From: a virus
Virus record (IMG/VR): IMGVR_UViG_3300021197_001769
Length of the DNA stretch: 64,000 bases
Strand: one strand, 5' to 3'
In this document: positions 1 to 9,622 of the stretch, one piece after another
How positions within the stretch are numbered: the stretch's first letter is position 1
Layout of the letters: each line of letters begins with the position of its first letter
The notes under the pieces: generated by a model
Databases searched by the model: none
Told to the model about the DNA's origin: nothing
What the model saw: the letters and a program-made list of their open reading frames with translations, nothing else
Position numbers and translations under genes: made by a program

Positions 1-280
1 GATAAGTTAGTACGGTTTTAAAGACTTCTTTTTCTTCTTCTGTAGCAAAGGCAAATAATATTTTCTTTGCTGCATTTCTTTCAAAGTTATTTGTAAAACA
101 TATTATGTGATTTACTAATAACCTTATATTTTTAGTCTTATCTGTATTTACTTTCTTAGCGAGTTTCTTTGCTAATTTAAATCTATTTAAGTCTTCAATA
201 AATTCTTCTTTACTATGACAAAACGGATTTGTATAATTTTTCGCAGCAAATAACTCTATCGTATCAGCATTTAATTCCAT
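1..280 (-). CDS. Conserved hypothetical protein of marine T4-like phages (3' end runs off the window)
   Basis: Manual translation MELNADTIELFAAKNYTNPFCHSKEEFIEDLNRFKLAKKL...LLVNHII; the NY-x-NP-x-C...EF-x-EDL...LLxNH pattern is recalled from T4-like cyanophage hypotheticals; not in the ORF track because it is truncated. Confidence 0.7.
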   Translation of the reverse strand, partial: MELNADTIELFAAKNYTNPFCHSKEEFIEDLNRFKLAKKLAKKVNTDKTKNIRLLVNHIICFTNNFERNAAKKILFAFATEEEKEVFKTVLTY

Positions 281-283
281 TAT

Positions 284-820
284 CTACTTATTTACGCCTA
301 TATCCTTCTTGGTGTCTATCATTACCTTCGGCTTTACATTTATCTTTTGTTCTTCTTTACTTACTGTAATTTTTTTAGCTGTAGGTTCTATCTTCTTGTC
401 TAATACTTTTCGACCAATCTTTACTTGAGACCCAGGTTGAGGCTGTACTGGAGGAGGAGCTGGTGGCTGCTCTTCAGGTGGCTGTTCTTGTTCCATATCC
501 TGATCAGGCATTGGTTCTTTCTCAATAGTCTTATGAGTTTCACCGCCATTAGCATGTTTCTTTACTTCTGTTTCTTTTGTTTTAGTATTTCTATCATGCG
601 CTTTCTTTTCAGCTTCTTCTATTTCGGTTTCTTCTCTATAACCTCTTCTTCTTAAATCTCTATGCTTTTCTCTATCCATTTTAGCTTTCGCTTCTTTGGA
701 TCTTTCTAAACCATTTTTACCACGAGAAATCTCAACGCCAGAATTGATTCTTTCGCTAAGAAATTCAGTGAGTTCATTCATATTTTTGAATTGTGCTAGT
801 ATATTTGGATCAATTGACAT
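284..820 (-). CDS. Late, highly charged Pro-rich protein (possible internal head protein)
   Basis: 178 aa, K/E-rich with PPEEQPPAPPPVQPQP; preceded by late promoter TAATAAATA (841-849). Confidence 0.55.
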   Translation of the reverse strand: MSIDPNILAQFKNMNELTEFLSERINSGVEISRGKNGLERSKEAKAKMDREKHRDLRRRGYREETEIEEAEKKAHDRNTKTKETEVKKHANGGETHKTIEKEPMPDQDMEQEQPPEEQPPAPPPVQPQPGSQVKIGRKVLDKKIEPTAKKITVSKEEQKINVKPKVMIDTKKDIGVNK

Positions 821-846
821 TTTACTTCTCTCTTTCTAATTATTTA

Positions 847-3339
847 TTAAGAAAAGAAGTCGACTAGTGTAGCCCTTTTAACAGAAGACCAACCAATTGG
901 ATCTAATATATGTTTGAAAGGTTCAGTAACAGTTTTAGAAAACATTTTTTCATAATCAATATACTTATTGATATCTACTTCATCCGGTAAAGAAGTCATA
1001 AAAGATATAACATGAGTACCTACGTTATTAGGTTCTCTAAGATATACAAATCTACCCTTCTCTCCATTATTAATCTTTTCCCATTTCTTGGTTAAGTTTT
1101 TCTGTTCTAGTAATCTATTGAAAGCAATAGCACCTCTTACATGAGGAGGAGTACCTTTCATAAACCCTTCTTTAATAGTATAATCAGTAATAGAGTTCAT
1201 AGTTCTAGGAAAAGCAATATCCTGAGGAACCATTTTCATATATTCTTCTTTAACTTCTTTAATATATTTCTGTAAAGTCTCTTCATCAGTTTGCAAAGTA
1301 AGAGTAATCATGTTAAGGAGTTTCCCTCTCATAATTTGAGGAGTAGAAGATCTAATAGCATCTAAACCTTGAATCTTTATCTTAGCTTCTTTATGTCTAA
1401 CACCTTCAGTATCCCATACAGACATAGCATATCGTTTCTTAGCAGTCCATACAGCAGTTTCAGCAATACACTCTCGTTTCATTACCATCTTCTGACCTCT
1501 AGTATTCATATACTTAGATACGTCTTGATAACCTTCTTCTAGTATTCTATCTAATTGCTCTTCAGCTATCTTATCTAAAATATCAATGATTTCTTCTCTA
1601 GACTTATCAGAGAAAAATTTATCTACAAGAGGTTGAACGTTAAGATAATTAGAGTCAGTATCGATAGCAATAATATAATCTTTATTTTCAGTCTTAAGTA
1701 GTTTATTCATAAAAGCATTTAAGTTCTTTTCAGCTTCTTGAATAATAAACTGACCTGATAGAGTAATAGATTCACCTAATCGTTGATCGTACCATCTATA
1801 GAACTTATTAGTAATAGCACCATAACCACTATTCAATAGAATCTTTCTAACTTGCTGATTATTCTGTTCGTAAGTAGAAGGTTCACCTTTCTTCTGCTTT
1901 TCTATCATTCTATCTTTGAATATAAGTCTCTCTTCGTAAAGAGTTCTCATAATACGAGGCATTATACCTTCGATCTTATCATGATACTTCCAACCAGAAC
2001 CTGCAATAATTTTACCTTTACAATCGTCAGGTAAAGGTTCTCTATTTAAGAATCGTCTTATACGTTCTTCAGGAGATATATCAGCCCATACTTTAGATTC
2101 GTTTATGATAGTCTCAGGAGAAATATTATATTGCATAACAAGATGAGGATATAGAGAGTTTAAGTCAAAAGATAAAACCCATCCATGTTTACCTGCAATA
2201 GGTTCTTTTACATGACCGCCAGGTATCTGAGAAGTCTTATCACCTGCAACTATATTAAAGTGAGGATGTTTATTTTCTTTAATTAGCTCTTTATTGATGA
2301 GGGAGTCCCACGCTCTCACAGGTGAACTTACTTCGTCATAGTTAAGAGATGCTTTATAAGCCATAGCTAACTGAGCGTCTATTAGACCCATCTTTTTATC
2401 GAGTAAACCTACTAGATTAACATCTTGAATATTATAATCGATAAATTTTTGATAATTACTATAGTAAAGCATATGCAAACCAGTTACTTCACTATGATCT
2501 AACTTACGTTGACCTAGCTCTAAGTGAGCTACCCAATCTAGTCTATAAGACTCTTGTATTCTATTTCTTCTATAGAGTACAATATAGTCAATAACAGATA
2601 CACCTTTCATAGCTACTTCAGTTTCTATACCTCTTCTAGTCTGATACTCTCTCATATCACATCTACCCCAAGGAGATAACTTACCAGCATCGAAACCAAG
2701 ATTATTCAATCTATTATACAAATAAGGCATATCGAAACCTGCAACGTTCCAACCCGTTACAACATGAGGACAATTATCTTTCCAGAACTTAAGAAACTTA
2801 GTTAGTAGATCATGCTCAGAAGAACATTTAATATAAACAACTTTATCGATAATCTCTTGAGGTAATTCAGATTTAGAACTATCCCAGTCGTTATCACCTA
2901 AAGTAATATACTTATCAGAAATATTATCGTGAATACAAATAGCAGTAACAGGATAAGCAGCTTCTTTAGCAGTAGGAAAACCTTCGTTAGAAGTTACCTC
3001 GATATCAATATTAAAAGTTCTAATCTCATCTCTGTTATAAGTCTTTTCAGCATTAGGAAAAGTCTCATTGATATAACTAGAATGAAATAAAGGAAAACCG
3101 TAAAGTTTAAGATTAGTATCTTCATGCTTTTTAGCAAACTCAGTAGCTTCTTGCATCTTATCAAACTGAGTAGGTTTAAGCGGCGTACCATAAAGACTAG
3201 TTACACCAGTCTCTTTTTTAGATTCAATATAAAGAGTAGGAGAGTAATTAAGTTTATCTCTAAACTCTTTACCATCTGAAATACCTCTTACAAAGAGAGT
3301 ATTACCCCATCGATTAACATTAGTATAATATTTACTCAT
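847..3339 (-). CDS. gp43: Family B DNA polymerase (T4 gp43-like)
   Basis: Exonuclease DIEV and GWNVAGFDMPY; polymerase motifs SFDLNSLYPH, KILLNSGYGA, IDTDS, KKRYA. Confidence 0.98.
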   Translation of the reverse strand: MSKYYTNVNRWGNTLFVRGISDGKEFRDKLNYSPTLYIESKKETGVTSLYGTPLKPTQFDKMQEATEFAKKHEDTNLKLYGFPLFHSSYINETFPNAEKTYNRDEIRTFNIDIEVTSNEGFPTAKEAAYPVTAICIHDNISDKYITLGDNDWDSSKSELPQEIIDKVVYIKCSSEHDLLTKFLKFWKDNCPHVVTGWNVAGFDMPYLYNRLNNLGFDAGKLSPWGRCDMREYQTRRGIETEVAMKGVSVIDYIVLYRRNRIQESYRLDWVAHLELGQRKLDHSEVTGLHMLYYSNYQKFIDYNIQDVNLVGLLDKKMGLIDAQLAMAYKASLNYDEVSSPVRAWDSLINKELIKENKHPHFNIVAGDKTSQIPGGHVKEPIAGKHGWVLSFDLNSLYPHLVMQYNISPETIINESKVWADISPEERIRRFLNREPLPDDCKGKIIAGSGWKYHDKIEGIMPRIMRTLYEERLIFKDRMIEKQKKGEPSTYEQNNQQVRKILLNSGYGAITNKFYRWYDQRLGESITLSGQFIIQEAEKNLNAFMNKLLKTENKDYIIAIDTDSNYLNVQPLVDKFFSDKSREEIIDILDKIAEEQLDRILEEGYQDVSKYMNTRGQKMVMKRECIAETAVWTAKKRYAMSVWDTEGVRHKEAKIKIQGLDAIRSSTPQIMRGKLLNMITLTLQTDEETLQKYIKEVKEEYMKMVPQDIAFPRTMNSITDYTIKEGFMKGTPPHVRGAIAFNRLLEQKNLTKKWEKINNGEKGRFVYLREPNNVGTHVISFMTSLPDEVDINKYIDYEKMFSKTVTEPFKHILDPIGWSSVKRATLVDFFS

Positions 3340-3360
3340 ACAATAGTTATAGTGGTAAAG

Positions 3361-3741
3361 TTATTTCTTTTTACCGATCGTATAATTTTGTTTGAGTTGC
3401 CATTTGGCTTTTTCTTTGAAGGGAATAATTTTAACCCGAGCCAGTGAGTTTGGCTCGGATTTAGGTTTTTCAACAATAGTACATAAATTCCATTGTTCGA
3501 GTAGCTTTGCGATTCCATTTCGTCTCTTAATATCATCTTCTTTTAACTCTCGTTCATAACCATCTAAAATAAACAACTCTCTATAATGACATAGAAAATA
3601 TTTACCTCTCTTATGGAGTAAATGACATGTTTGAACGAGTTTATTATCAGAACCTTCAACACCTATTCGTGTCAGAGTTTCGACAATTTTAAGGAAATTA
3701 TCGCGTTCGCCTAATTTAACTTCTAATAAATTTTCTATCAT
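3361..3741 (-). CDS. regA: Translational repressor RegA
   Basis: FLKIVETLTRIGV...QTCHLLHKRGKYFLCHYRELFILDG; canonical position before gp43. Confidence 0.95.
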   Translation of the reverse strand: MIENLLEVKLGERDNFLKIVETLTRIGVEGSDNKLVQTCHLLHKRGKYFLCHYRELFILDGYERELKEDDIKRRNGIAKLLEQWNLCTIVEKPKSEPNSLARVKIIPFKEKAKWQLKQNYTIGKKK

Positions 3742-3782
3742 AACCTAATCATCATTTATAAGTTATTTAATAGATTTAGATA

Positions 3783-4022
3783 CTAGTCGTTAAGTTGGTC
3801 TTTCCAGTTCTCTGCTAATTCTGCGGCTCTATTAGTTAACCATTCAGCAGCAGCTGTATCACCTGACTCTTTTGCTACATCTGCTTCTTGAATACAGTTA
3901 TAGATTTTAGCCATCATAGTTATTCTTTGGTCCTGAATTTCATGACCATGTTCGTCTTTACTAATAAGTCTGCACTTATTTTTAATTTCATCTAAAGATG
4001 CTTTAGTAATATCAAATGACAT
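3783..4022 (-). CDS. Hypothetical protein
   Basis: 79-aa ORF with AAGGGAG RBS, inserted between gp62 and regA. Confidence 0.6.
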   Translation of the reverse strand: MSFDITKASLDEIKNKCRLISKDEHGHEIQDQRITMMAKIYNCIQEADVAKESGDTAAAEWLTNRAAELAENWKDQLND

Positions 4023-4050
4023 TTGAATGTCTCCCTTGTTAATTAACTAA

Positions 4051-4254
4051 TTATTTATTAGTTTTAGTTAATTTATTGCACACATAAGATTTACCATTAG
4101 GTGAATCTATTGTTAAAGCTGGAATTCCTGGTGTAGCTTCTCTACATTCGATTTGCGTCCAAGAATAACCTTCTTTTAATTGTTTGCTTGAAGTATCAAT
4201 AAACTCCTTATTATTAATTCCAAACATAGCAATTAGTAAAAATGCATATATCAT
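4051..4254 (-). CDS. Small hypothetical protein with N-terminal hydrophobic segment and two Cys
   Basis: MIYAFLLIAMFG signal-like start; abuts the gp62 stop. Confidence 0.55.
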   Translation of the reverse strand: MIYAFLLIAMFGINNKEFIDTSSKQLKEGYSWTQIECREATPGIPALTIDSPNGKSYVCNKLTKTNK

Positions 4255-4685
4255 TATTTGCCTCCCTTTCTGTTATTATACCATTGTTTAATTTGTTCTA
4301 GCTGTTCTTTATCTAAAATCTTTTCGTATTGTTTAGCTACTTTATGTGAGACTGAAAAATATTCTTTGACCATATCAGTATAGTCTGAAGTAAATTTCTT
4401 AGCCCATTTCGCGAAATAATTTTTCTTAGGAAGTCCATGATAGTAGAAGTCAAAACATATTTGATCTGATAAGCTATCATATTTATTCATTTCATTAGCG
4501 AATAACACAGTATCAGAACGTTGACTCATACCTAAGTTAGTTAAAAATTTATTGAAACCGAAAGTAGACTCAGGATAATTTTTATTAGATATATTTTTTA
4601 GTAACTCAAAAGGATTAGCTTTTACTTCTTCAGCTACATACTCTTCTTTTCTTTCAATAATATTTCCGAATAGATCTATTTCCAT
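4254..4685 (-). CDS. gp62: Clamp loader small subunit
   Basis: NPFELLKNI...FNKFLTNLGMSQRSDTVLFANEMN...KKNYFAKWAK; follows gp44. Confidence 0.9.
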   Translation of the reverse strand: MEIDLFGNIIERKEEYVAEEVKANPFELLKNISNKNYPESTFGFNKFLTNLGMSQRSDTVLFANEMNKYDSLSDQICFDFYYHGLPKKNYFAKWAKKFTSDYTDMVKEYFSVSHKVAKQYEKILDKEQLEQIKQWYNNRKGGK

Positions 4686-5629
4686 TTTACACTCTTCATT
4701 ACTTCAACTACAAAAGCAGCTAAGTTAATTTCTTGATTAGTTACAAAAGCAGCTTTATGTTGATACTCACCCATAATTAATATAAGATTAGGTAAAGATG
4801 CAGGTTCTACATATTCATTTATATTAGTATACAAGTCATCAAATAACTGATCAGTCTCAGGATTATCTGCAATCCATTGCCTACAAGACTTAAAGTCACC
4901 TTTCTTCATAAAACCTATAAGAGATTTTACTTTAGAAGTATCTACTAATGCAATAATACCAGAATCAATCTTACCATTAACTTGACTATATCTCTGAAGT
5001 TCATTAATAGTTCTTCTAGTATCAGGATAGAATCGTTTAACTATTTCTAGTACAGCAGTCTGATTAAAGTCTATCTTTTCAAACTGCAATATAGATATCA
5101 TACGTTTAGCAATAGAAGCCATAATCTGAGCCTTCTCTTCTTTACCTACAGTAAAGTCTACTACAGAACATCTACTATGAAGAGGAGGTATAATTTTATG
5201 CTTATAGTTACAAGTAAGTATGAATCTACTATTCTTAGAGAACTCTTCTATAAAGTTTCTAAGAGCTGGTTGAACAGCAGGTCCTAAGTAATCAGCTTCA
5301 TCAATAATAACTACTTTAGGTTTATCTTTCATAGAAGTAGTCGATACAAACTTTTTAATTTTATCTCTAAGTATATCTATAGACCTACCTTCATCAGAAC
5401 CATTAACTACAATATAATCACAATCAAGTTCTTTACAAAGAGCTTTAGCAGCAGTAGTCTTACCTGTACCTGCTGAACCTGAGAAAAGCAGGTTAGTTAC
5501 TTCACCCTGCTTGATTAAATTATAGAATACTTTTTTAAGATTATCTGGTAAGATAGTTTCTTCTATGTTATCCGGACGATATTTCTCAGCCCAAATAAAT
5601 TGTTCACCTGCCACGTCTTTTCCTTTCAA
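4676..5629 (-). CDS. gp44: Clamp loader large subunit (AAA+)
   Basis: WAEKYRP, Walker A GSAGTGKTT, Walker B IIDEAD, SRC motif. Confidence 0.97.
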   Translation of the reverse strand: MKGKDVAGEQFIWAEKYRPDNIEETILPDNLKKVFYNLIKQGEVTNLLFSGSAGTGKTTAAKALCKELDCDYIVVNGSDEGRSIDILRDKIKKFVSTTSMKDKPKVVIIDEADYLGPAVQPALRNFIEEFSKNSRFILTCNYKHKIIPPLHSRCSVVDFTVGKEEKAQIMASIAKRMISILQFEKIDFNQTAVLEIVKRFYPDTRRTINELQRYSQVNGKIDSGIIALVDTSKVKSLIGFMKKGDFKSCRQWIADNPETDQLFDDLYTNINEYVEPASLPNLILIMGEYQHKAAFVTNQEINLAAFVVEVMKSVKWK

Positions 5630-5789
5630 ATCTAGGTTCCGGTTCGCCGTTCTTTCTTCTATTATAGCTTCTTAATGCGTCTTGGCGCCTTTTTTCTACT
5701 TCTTGAGGATGGTAAGCTTCAGACCATTTCCACATTCCGTTTTCTTTGGCCCACATACCTAATTGTTCAGGTGAGTGCTTTCTTGGCAT
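5604..5789 (-). CDS. Small basic hypothetical protein
   Basis: 61 aa, overlaps both neighbours in operon fashion. Confidence 0.5.
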   Translation of the reverse strand: MPRKHSPEQLGMWAKENGMWKWSEAYHPQEVEKRRQDALRSYNRRKNGEPEPRFERKRRGR

Positions 5790-6060
5790 CTTTTTCCTTT
5801 CTTTCTTCTATTAAAATACTTAATTGTAAAGGTACAAGCATATGGAGTTTATAATTTTCTGATTTAGGATCATCTCTAAGTTTATCAGATAATAACTCAA
5901 CATAGTCCATTGCATCAGCAACAGATAACTCTAATAATTTTACATGTACCTCTTTACCAGAAGCTAAATATTTGTCTGCTGCAAGATGCGCATCCATAAT
6001 AGCTTCTTCTAGAGACATTCTTTCTTCTGGAGTCATTAATTGTTTTTTACCCTTTTTCAT
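5767..6060 (-). CDS. Hypothetical protein
   Basis: 97-aa ORF between gp45 and gp44. Confidence 0.55.
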   Translation of the reverse strand: MKKGKKQLMTPEERMSLEEAIMDAHLAADKYLASGKEVHVKLLELSVADAMDYVELLSDKLRDDPKSENYKLHMLVPLQLSILIEERKEKDAKKALT

Positions 6061-6697
6061 AACTACCTTCAGGTTGTAACGCTACATAATAATTGATATA
6101 GTTACCAGTAAATCTAGCTAAACCTTTAGTACAAATAGCTACGTCATAATCATCTGGAACCATCTTAAGTTTATCTACAGAGATAGATAAATTATACTTA
6201 TCATCAGTATCAGGAGTATCAACACTAAACTGATTAGAGTTAGGTACTGCTTTATCATGAACTACAATACCGTCATTAGTAAAAGTTAAGTCACTAGCAT
6301 TATTAATAGAAGCAGCTCTTACTATCATACCTAAAGTATTTCTATCTATTTGTAGTTTAATCTCTTCAGAAGGTAAAGTAACACCTTTCTCAGGAGGTTG
6401 AGTAATAACAGTAGGATCAGCATAAAAATATTTCTGCTTAGTTTTACCTTGAATAAGTAACATATGATCGTCTTCTAAAGTAATATCAGGATCTTCAAAT
6501 AAAGATATAACTCCTAATAACTCATTTAGATCATATATAGAAACCTGTTTATCAAAGGTCTCCTCAATGGTAGCATCAGCAAATACATCTTTAACGTTAC
6601 TAATAGTTTCTATCTTATTACCAGGTTTAATAACGATAGATTGATTAATAGCAGAAAAGTTCTTAAGTATAGCTAACGTTTGCTTGCTCAGTTTCAT
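6047..6697 (-). CDS. gp45: Sliding clamp
   Basis: MKLSKQTLAILKNFSAINQSI...IYDLNELL...YYVALQ. Confidence 0.95.
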   Translation of the reverse strand: MKLSKQTLAILKNFSAINQSIVIKPGNKIETISNVKDVFADATIEETFDKQVSIYDLNELLGVISLFEDPDITLEDDHMLLIQGKTKQKYFYADPTVITQPPEKGVTLPSEEIKLQIDRNTLGMIVRAASINNASDLTFTNDGIVVHDKAVPNSNQFSVDTPDTDDKYNLSISVDKLKMVPDDYDVAICTKGLARFTGNYINYYVALQPEGSYEKG

Positions 6698-7260
6698 TTC
6701 TTTTTCCTTCTAGTTTTTCTTGTTATAGTAACTTCTTCGACTTTTTTCAAATCATCAATTGTATAGACATCTCCAGGTTTATATTTAGCTGTAGGAGATG
6801 ATGCAATGACTTGCCATTTAGTTTTCATTTGCATATCACTGCCCCAGAAATCGCATATCCAATCTCCGTGTCTTAGATACCAGTTAATGTCTTGAGTATA
6901 ACCATACCACCTATTCATCTCAGCGTTTCTATGAGCCCACTCTTTATTAGTAAGACCTTTTTGTTTAAGACTAGATTTTGCAGAAGAATATAATTCTTTA
7001 GCATTCTTTAACCAAGCTAATACATCTTCTAATGGTCTTGCATCTGGTAGATAAACTGAAGGATGATGAGTCAACTTCTTAGTAGGGTTCTTAGCTTGCT
7101 TAGCTGCTCTAGCTTTTGCTAGTCTTTCAACAGCTTTAGCTTTCTGTTCTTCAGACATAGGTTTACGAGATTTTCGAAACTTAGTTCTTTTAGGAGTAAG
7201 TTCATCAATAAGCTTTTGCTTACTAGTTTTAGTAACACGATTAGCCATATAGCACCTCAA
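6694..7260 (-). CDS. Conserved basic hypothetical protein of marine T4-like phages (likely start 7248)
   Basis: RKPMSEEQKAKAVERLAKARAAK...WYLRHGDWI; GAGGTG RBS before MANR. Confidence 0.65.
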   Translation of the reverse strand: MRCYMANRVTKTSKQKLIDELTPKRTKFRKSRKPMSEEQKAKAVERLAKARAAKQAKNPTKKLTHHPSVYLPDARPLEDVLAWLKNAKELYSSAKSSLKQKGLTNKEWAHRNAEMNRWYGYTQDINWYLRHGDWICDFWGSDMQMKTKWQVIASSPTAKYKPGDVYTIDDLKKVEEVTITRKTRRKKK

Positions 7261-7279
7261 AATTATTGGTATCTATATT

Positions 7280-7305
7280 ATTATAGTTGATTTTTTGAAA
7301 AAGTT
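7280..7305 (-). promoter_or_regulatory. Middle-like promoter AACTTTTT-N12-TATAAT heading the gp45-gp44-gp62-regA operon
   Basis: Same motif and spacing as at 11077-11102 and 36679-36704. Confidence 0.6.
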
Positions 7306-7475
7306 TATTCTTTGTCTTTGTGGAAGGAAACGAGCCACTTAATATCATTCTTAATTTCTGCGATACTTGTTGTTATATGCTTTAAATGATTAGTCTCAAT
7401 AATGTACACACGCCAGGCGACAAAACCGACGACGGACACAAGAGTAGTAACAAACATAGTTTCGTAAAAATCCAT
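7305..7475 (-). CDS. 56-aa single-TM small membrane protein (not in ORF track)
   Basis: MDFYETMFVTTLVSVVGFVAWRVYIIETNHLKHITTSIAEIKNDIKWLVSFHKDKE; GGAG RBS; late promoter at 7544-7552. Confidence 0.7.
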   Translation of the reverse strand: MDFYETMFVTTLVSVVGFVAWRVYIIETNHLKHITTSIAEIKNDIKWLVSFHKDKE

Positions 7476-7549
7476 AATAGCTCCGATAAATTAATTTTTT
7501 AAATGTAATTGCTGTTTTACCTACAGGAGCTACCTGGTTGAATTATTTA

Positions 7550-8584
7550 TTATTCGTAAACTTTGTTATGAGTATTATTCACTAAAATAAAGGTACTACA
7601 CTTACTTAATTCTCTTATCTTAGCTGCTCCAACATAAGTACAAGCAGATCTTAAACCACCTAATATACTTTGTACAGTAGGTTCTAAAGGTCCTTTAAAT
7701 GGCATAGTAACAACTTTACCTTCAGCACTTTTATATTTACTTAACCCACCATCATACTTATTCTGAGCTACTTCAGATGACATACCATAAAACTGCTTTA
7801 CCATTTCACCATCTCTATTAACAAGATCACCACCAGATTCTTCGTGACCTGCTAACATACCACCTAGCATAGTAAAGTGAGCTCCAGCACCAAATGCTTT
7901 TGCTACATCGCCTGGAGATGTACAACCACCATCTGAAATAACATGTCCACCTAATCCATTAGCAGCATCACTACATTCTATAACTGCAGATAATTGAGGA
8001 AAACCTACTCCTGTTTGTATTCTAGTAGTACATACAGAACCTGGTCCTATACCAATTTTAATAATATCTGCTCCGCTTAAAATAAGCTCTTGCGTTTGAT
8101 CAGCAGTACATACATTACCAGCAACTATAATAGTATTAGGATTTTCTTCTCTAAAACTTTTTATAAAATTAATAAACCTTTCAGTATATCCATTTGCTAC
8201 ATCAATATTAACAAACTTTATAGTATCTTTTGGAAGTTTACTTTTTAGCATTTTCCATTTCTGAGTATCTAAATCTGTAATACCCATTGAGTAAGCTAAA
8301 TTCTCTCTCTTTTCAGAAGCAAAAAGATCATACAAAGTATCAATATTATAATGTTTATGAAGAAAGGTAAGTATCTTATAACGATTAAGTACTTTGTATG
8401 TCTCTACAGTACCTGTTGCATCCATATTAGAAGCAATAATAGGAATACCTTCCCATTGGCGGTTACTATTTTTAAAAGTAAATTTTCTCTCTAATCTTAC
8501 TTGTGATCTAGATTCAAGTGTACTTCTTTTAGGTTTTAAAAGTACATCATTAAAATCTAATTTAATATCTGTTTCAATTCTCAT
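7550..8584 (-). CDS. guaC: GMP reductase
   Basis: KLDFNDVLLKPKRSTLESRSQV, IDVANGY, KIGIGPGSVCTTR, SDGGC, GGMLAGH; no CBS domains. Confidence 0.95.
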   Translation of the reverse strand: MRIETDIKLDFNDVLLKPKRSTLESRSQVRLERKFTFKNSNRQWEGIPIIASNMDATGTVETYKVLNRYKILTFLHKHYNIDTLYDLFASEKRENLAYSMGITDLDTQKWKMLKSKLPKDTIKFVNIDVANGYTERFINFIKSFREENPNTIIVAGNVCTADQTQELILSGADIIKIGIGPGSVCTTRIQTGVGFPQLSAVIECSDAANGLGGHVISDGGCTSPGDVAKAFGAGAHFTMLGGMLAGHEESGGDLVNRDGEMVKQFYGMSSEVAQNKYDGGLSKYKSAEGKVVTMPFKGPLEPTVQSILGGLRSACTYVGAAKIRELSKCSTFILVNNTHNKVYE

Positions 8585-9088
8585 TTAATCCTCGGGTATG
8601 TTAAATTGGTTCTCCCAAGGGAAAACTATCCAAGCATCAGGGTCACCATCTGTTGCTTTTTCTGTTAATTCTTCTCCTACAAACAACGCTGAATAAGGAG
8701 CACTTACTCTTTCTAATACCATAGCAAATTCATATTTAAAAGTTAAGTTATCTCTATTGCTTAACATTCTATCATCAATATATGCTAATGTACCACTACT
8801 ATCATTTATATCGTCAATAAACAATACTTTTTTATCTTCAGAGAAATGAGTTGCAATATCAAAAAAATGTTGGAATCCCATAGCGTTTGACACCACATTA
8901 TCTCTTAATCTTATATCTAAAGGTAAAAAAGGTTTATCCATTATATGAGATAATTGAATACCTGGAATAGCTCCACCTCTTACAACACCAACTATATAAT
9001 CAGGAACCCATTCTTTACGATAAAGATCTAATGCAATTCCATGCACTAGATGATCTATTTTTTGCCAAGTATAATAAACTTTATTCAT
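8585..9088 (-). CDS. Purine phosphoribosyltransferase (Gpt/Hpt-like)
   Basis: IVGVVRGGAIPG, PRPP loop VLFIDDINDSSGTL, C-terminal WIVFPWE. Confidence 0.85.
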   Translation of the reverse strand: MNKVYYTWQKIDHLVHGIALDLYRKEWVPDYIVGVVRGGAIPGIQLSHIMDKPFLPLDIRLRDNVVSNAMGFQHFFDIATHFSEDKKVLFIDDINDSSGTLAYIDDRMLSNRDNLTFKYEFAMVLERVSAPYSALFVGEELTEKATDGDPDAWIVFPWENQFNIPED

Positions 9089-9422
9089 GTTCTCCGCCTA
9101 CATCCTTAGGATCTAGTTCAACTCTTTTTCCGTTTACATAAATTGCTCTAGAACGACTAGGTGTATGATATGTAAAATTTAATTTTCTTGCTGATGTAAA
9201 TGTAGCTACAGTTACTACAATAGCTGATATAAGAAAAATATGAGCAATAGTAGTTATACCAAAAACCCACATACTACCAAAGTAACTCGAAAAAGCTATA
9301 CACCACATCCATGCAAGTATCTGCATTACCATATGTCTAACTTGCAAATCAGGAATATTTTTTAAAGGGTTATAGTTAAAATTCATAACAGCATTCCAAC
9401 TATCATATATGAATTGTCTCAT
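9081..9422 (-). CDS. Conserved membrane protein of marine phages/bacteria
   Basis: Two hydrophobic helices; NPLKNIPDLQVRHMVMQILAWMWC. Confidence 0.65.
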   Translation of the reverse strand: MRQFIYDSWNAVMNFNYNPLKNIPDLQVRHMVMQILAWMWCIAFSSYFGSMWVFGITTIAHIFLISAIVVTVATFTSARKLNFTYHTPSRSRAIYVNGKRVELDPKDVGGEHE

Positions 9423-9622
9423 TTTAGATCCTTTTGTAGTTTTTCTAATAACTCCTTATGTTCTCTTACAACACGTAAACAGTTAGGCATATCCGTTCTA
9501 TAATTAATCCAAATTTTTCTTAATACTTTAGCATCACCTGAATCATTCAAACAATCTGCTGAACTCAGATTGTCTGAAATTACTTTTTCTAATTCAGTTA
9601 ATTTTTCAATATTATAAAACAT
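9419..9622 (-). CDS. Hypothetical protein
   Basis: 67-aa ORF coupled to neighbours. Confidence 0.5.
   Translation of the reverse strand: MFYNIEKLTELEKVISDNLSSADCLNDSGDAKVLRKIWINYRTDMPNCLRVVREHKELLEKLQKDLK

Noticed and set aside
847-3339. Intein, intron or split in gp43 (also checked gp17, gp46, UvsW)
   Set aside because: ORFs are continuous, of normal length, with no splicing motifs
5767-6060. Possible gp33 late co-activator
   Set aside because: Size fits but I recognise no gp33 motifs; left as hypothetical
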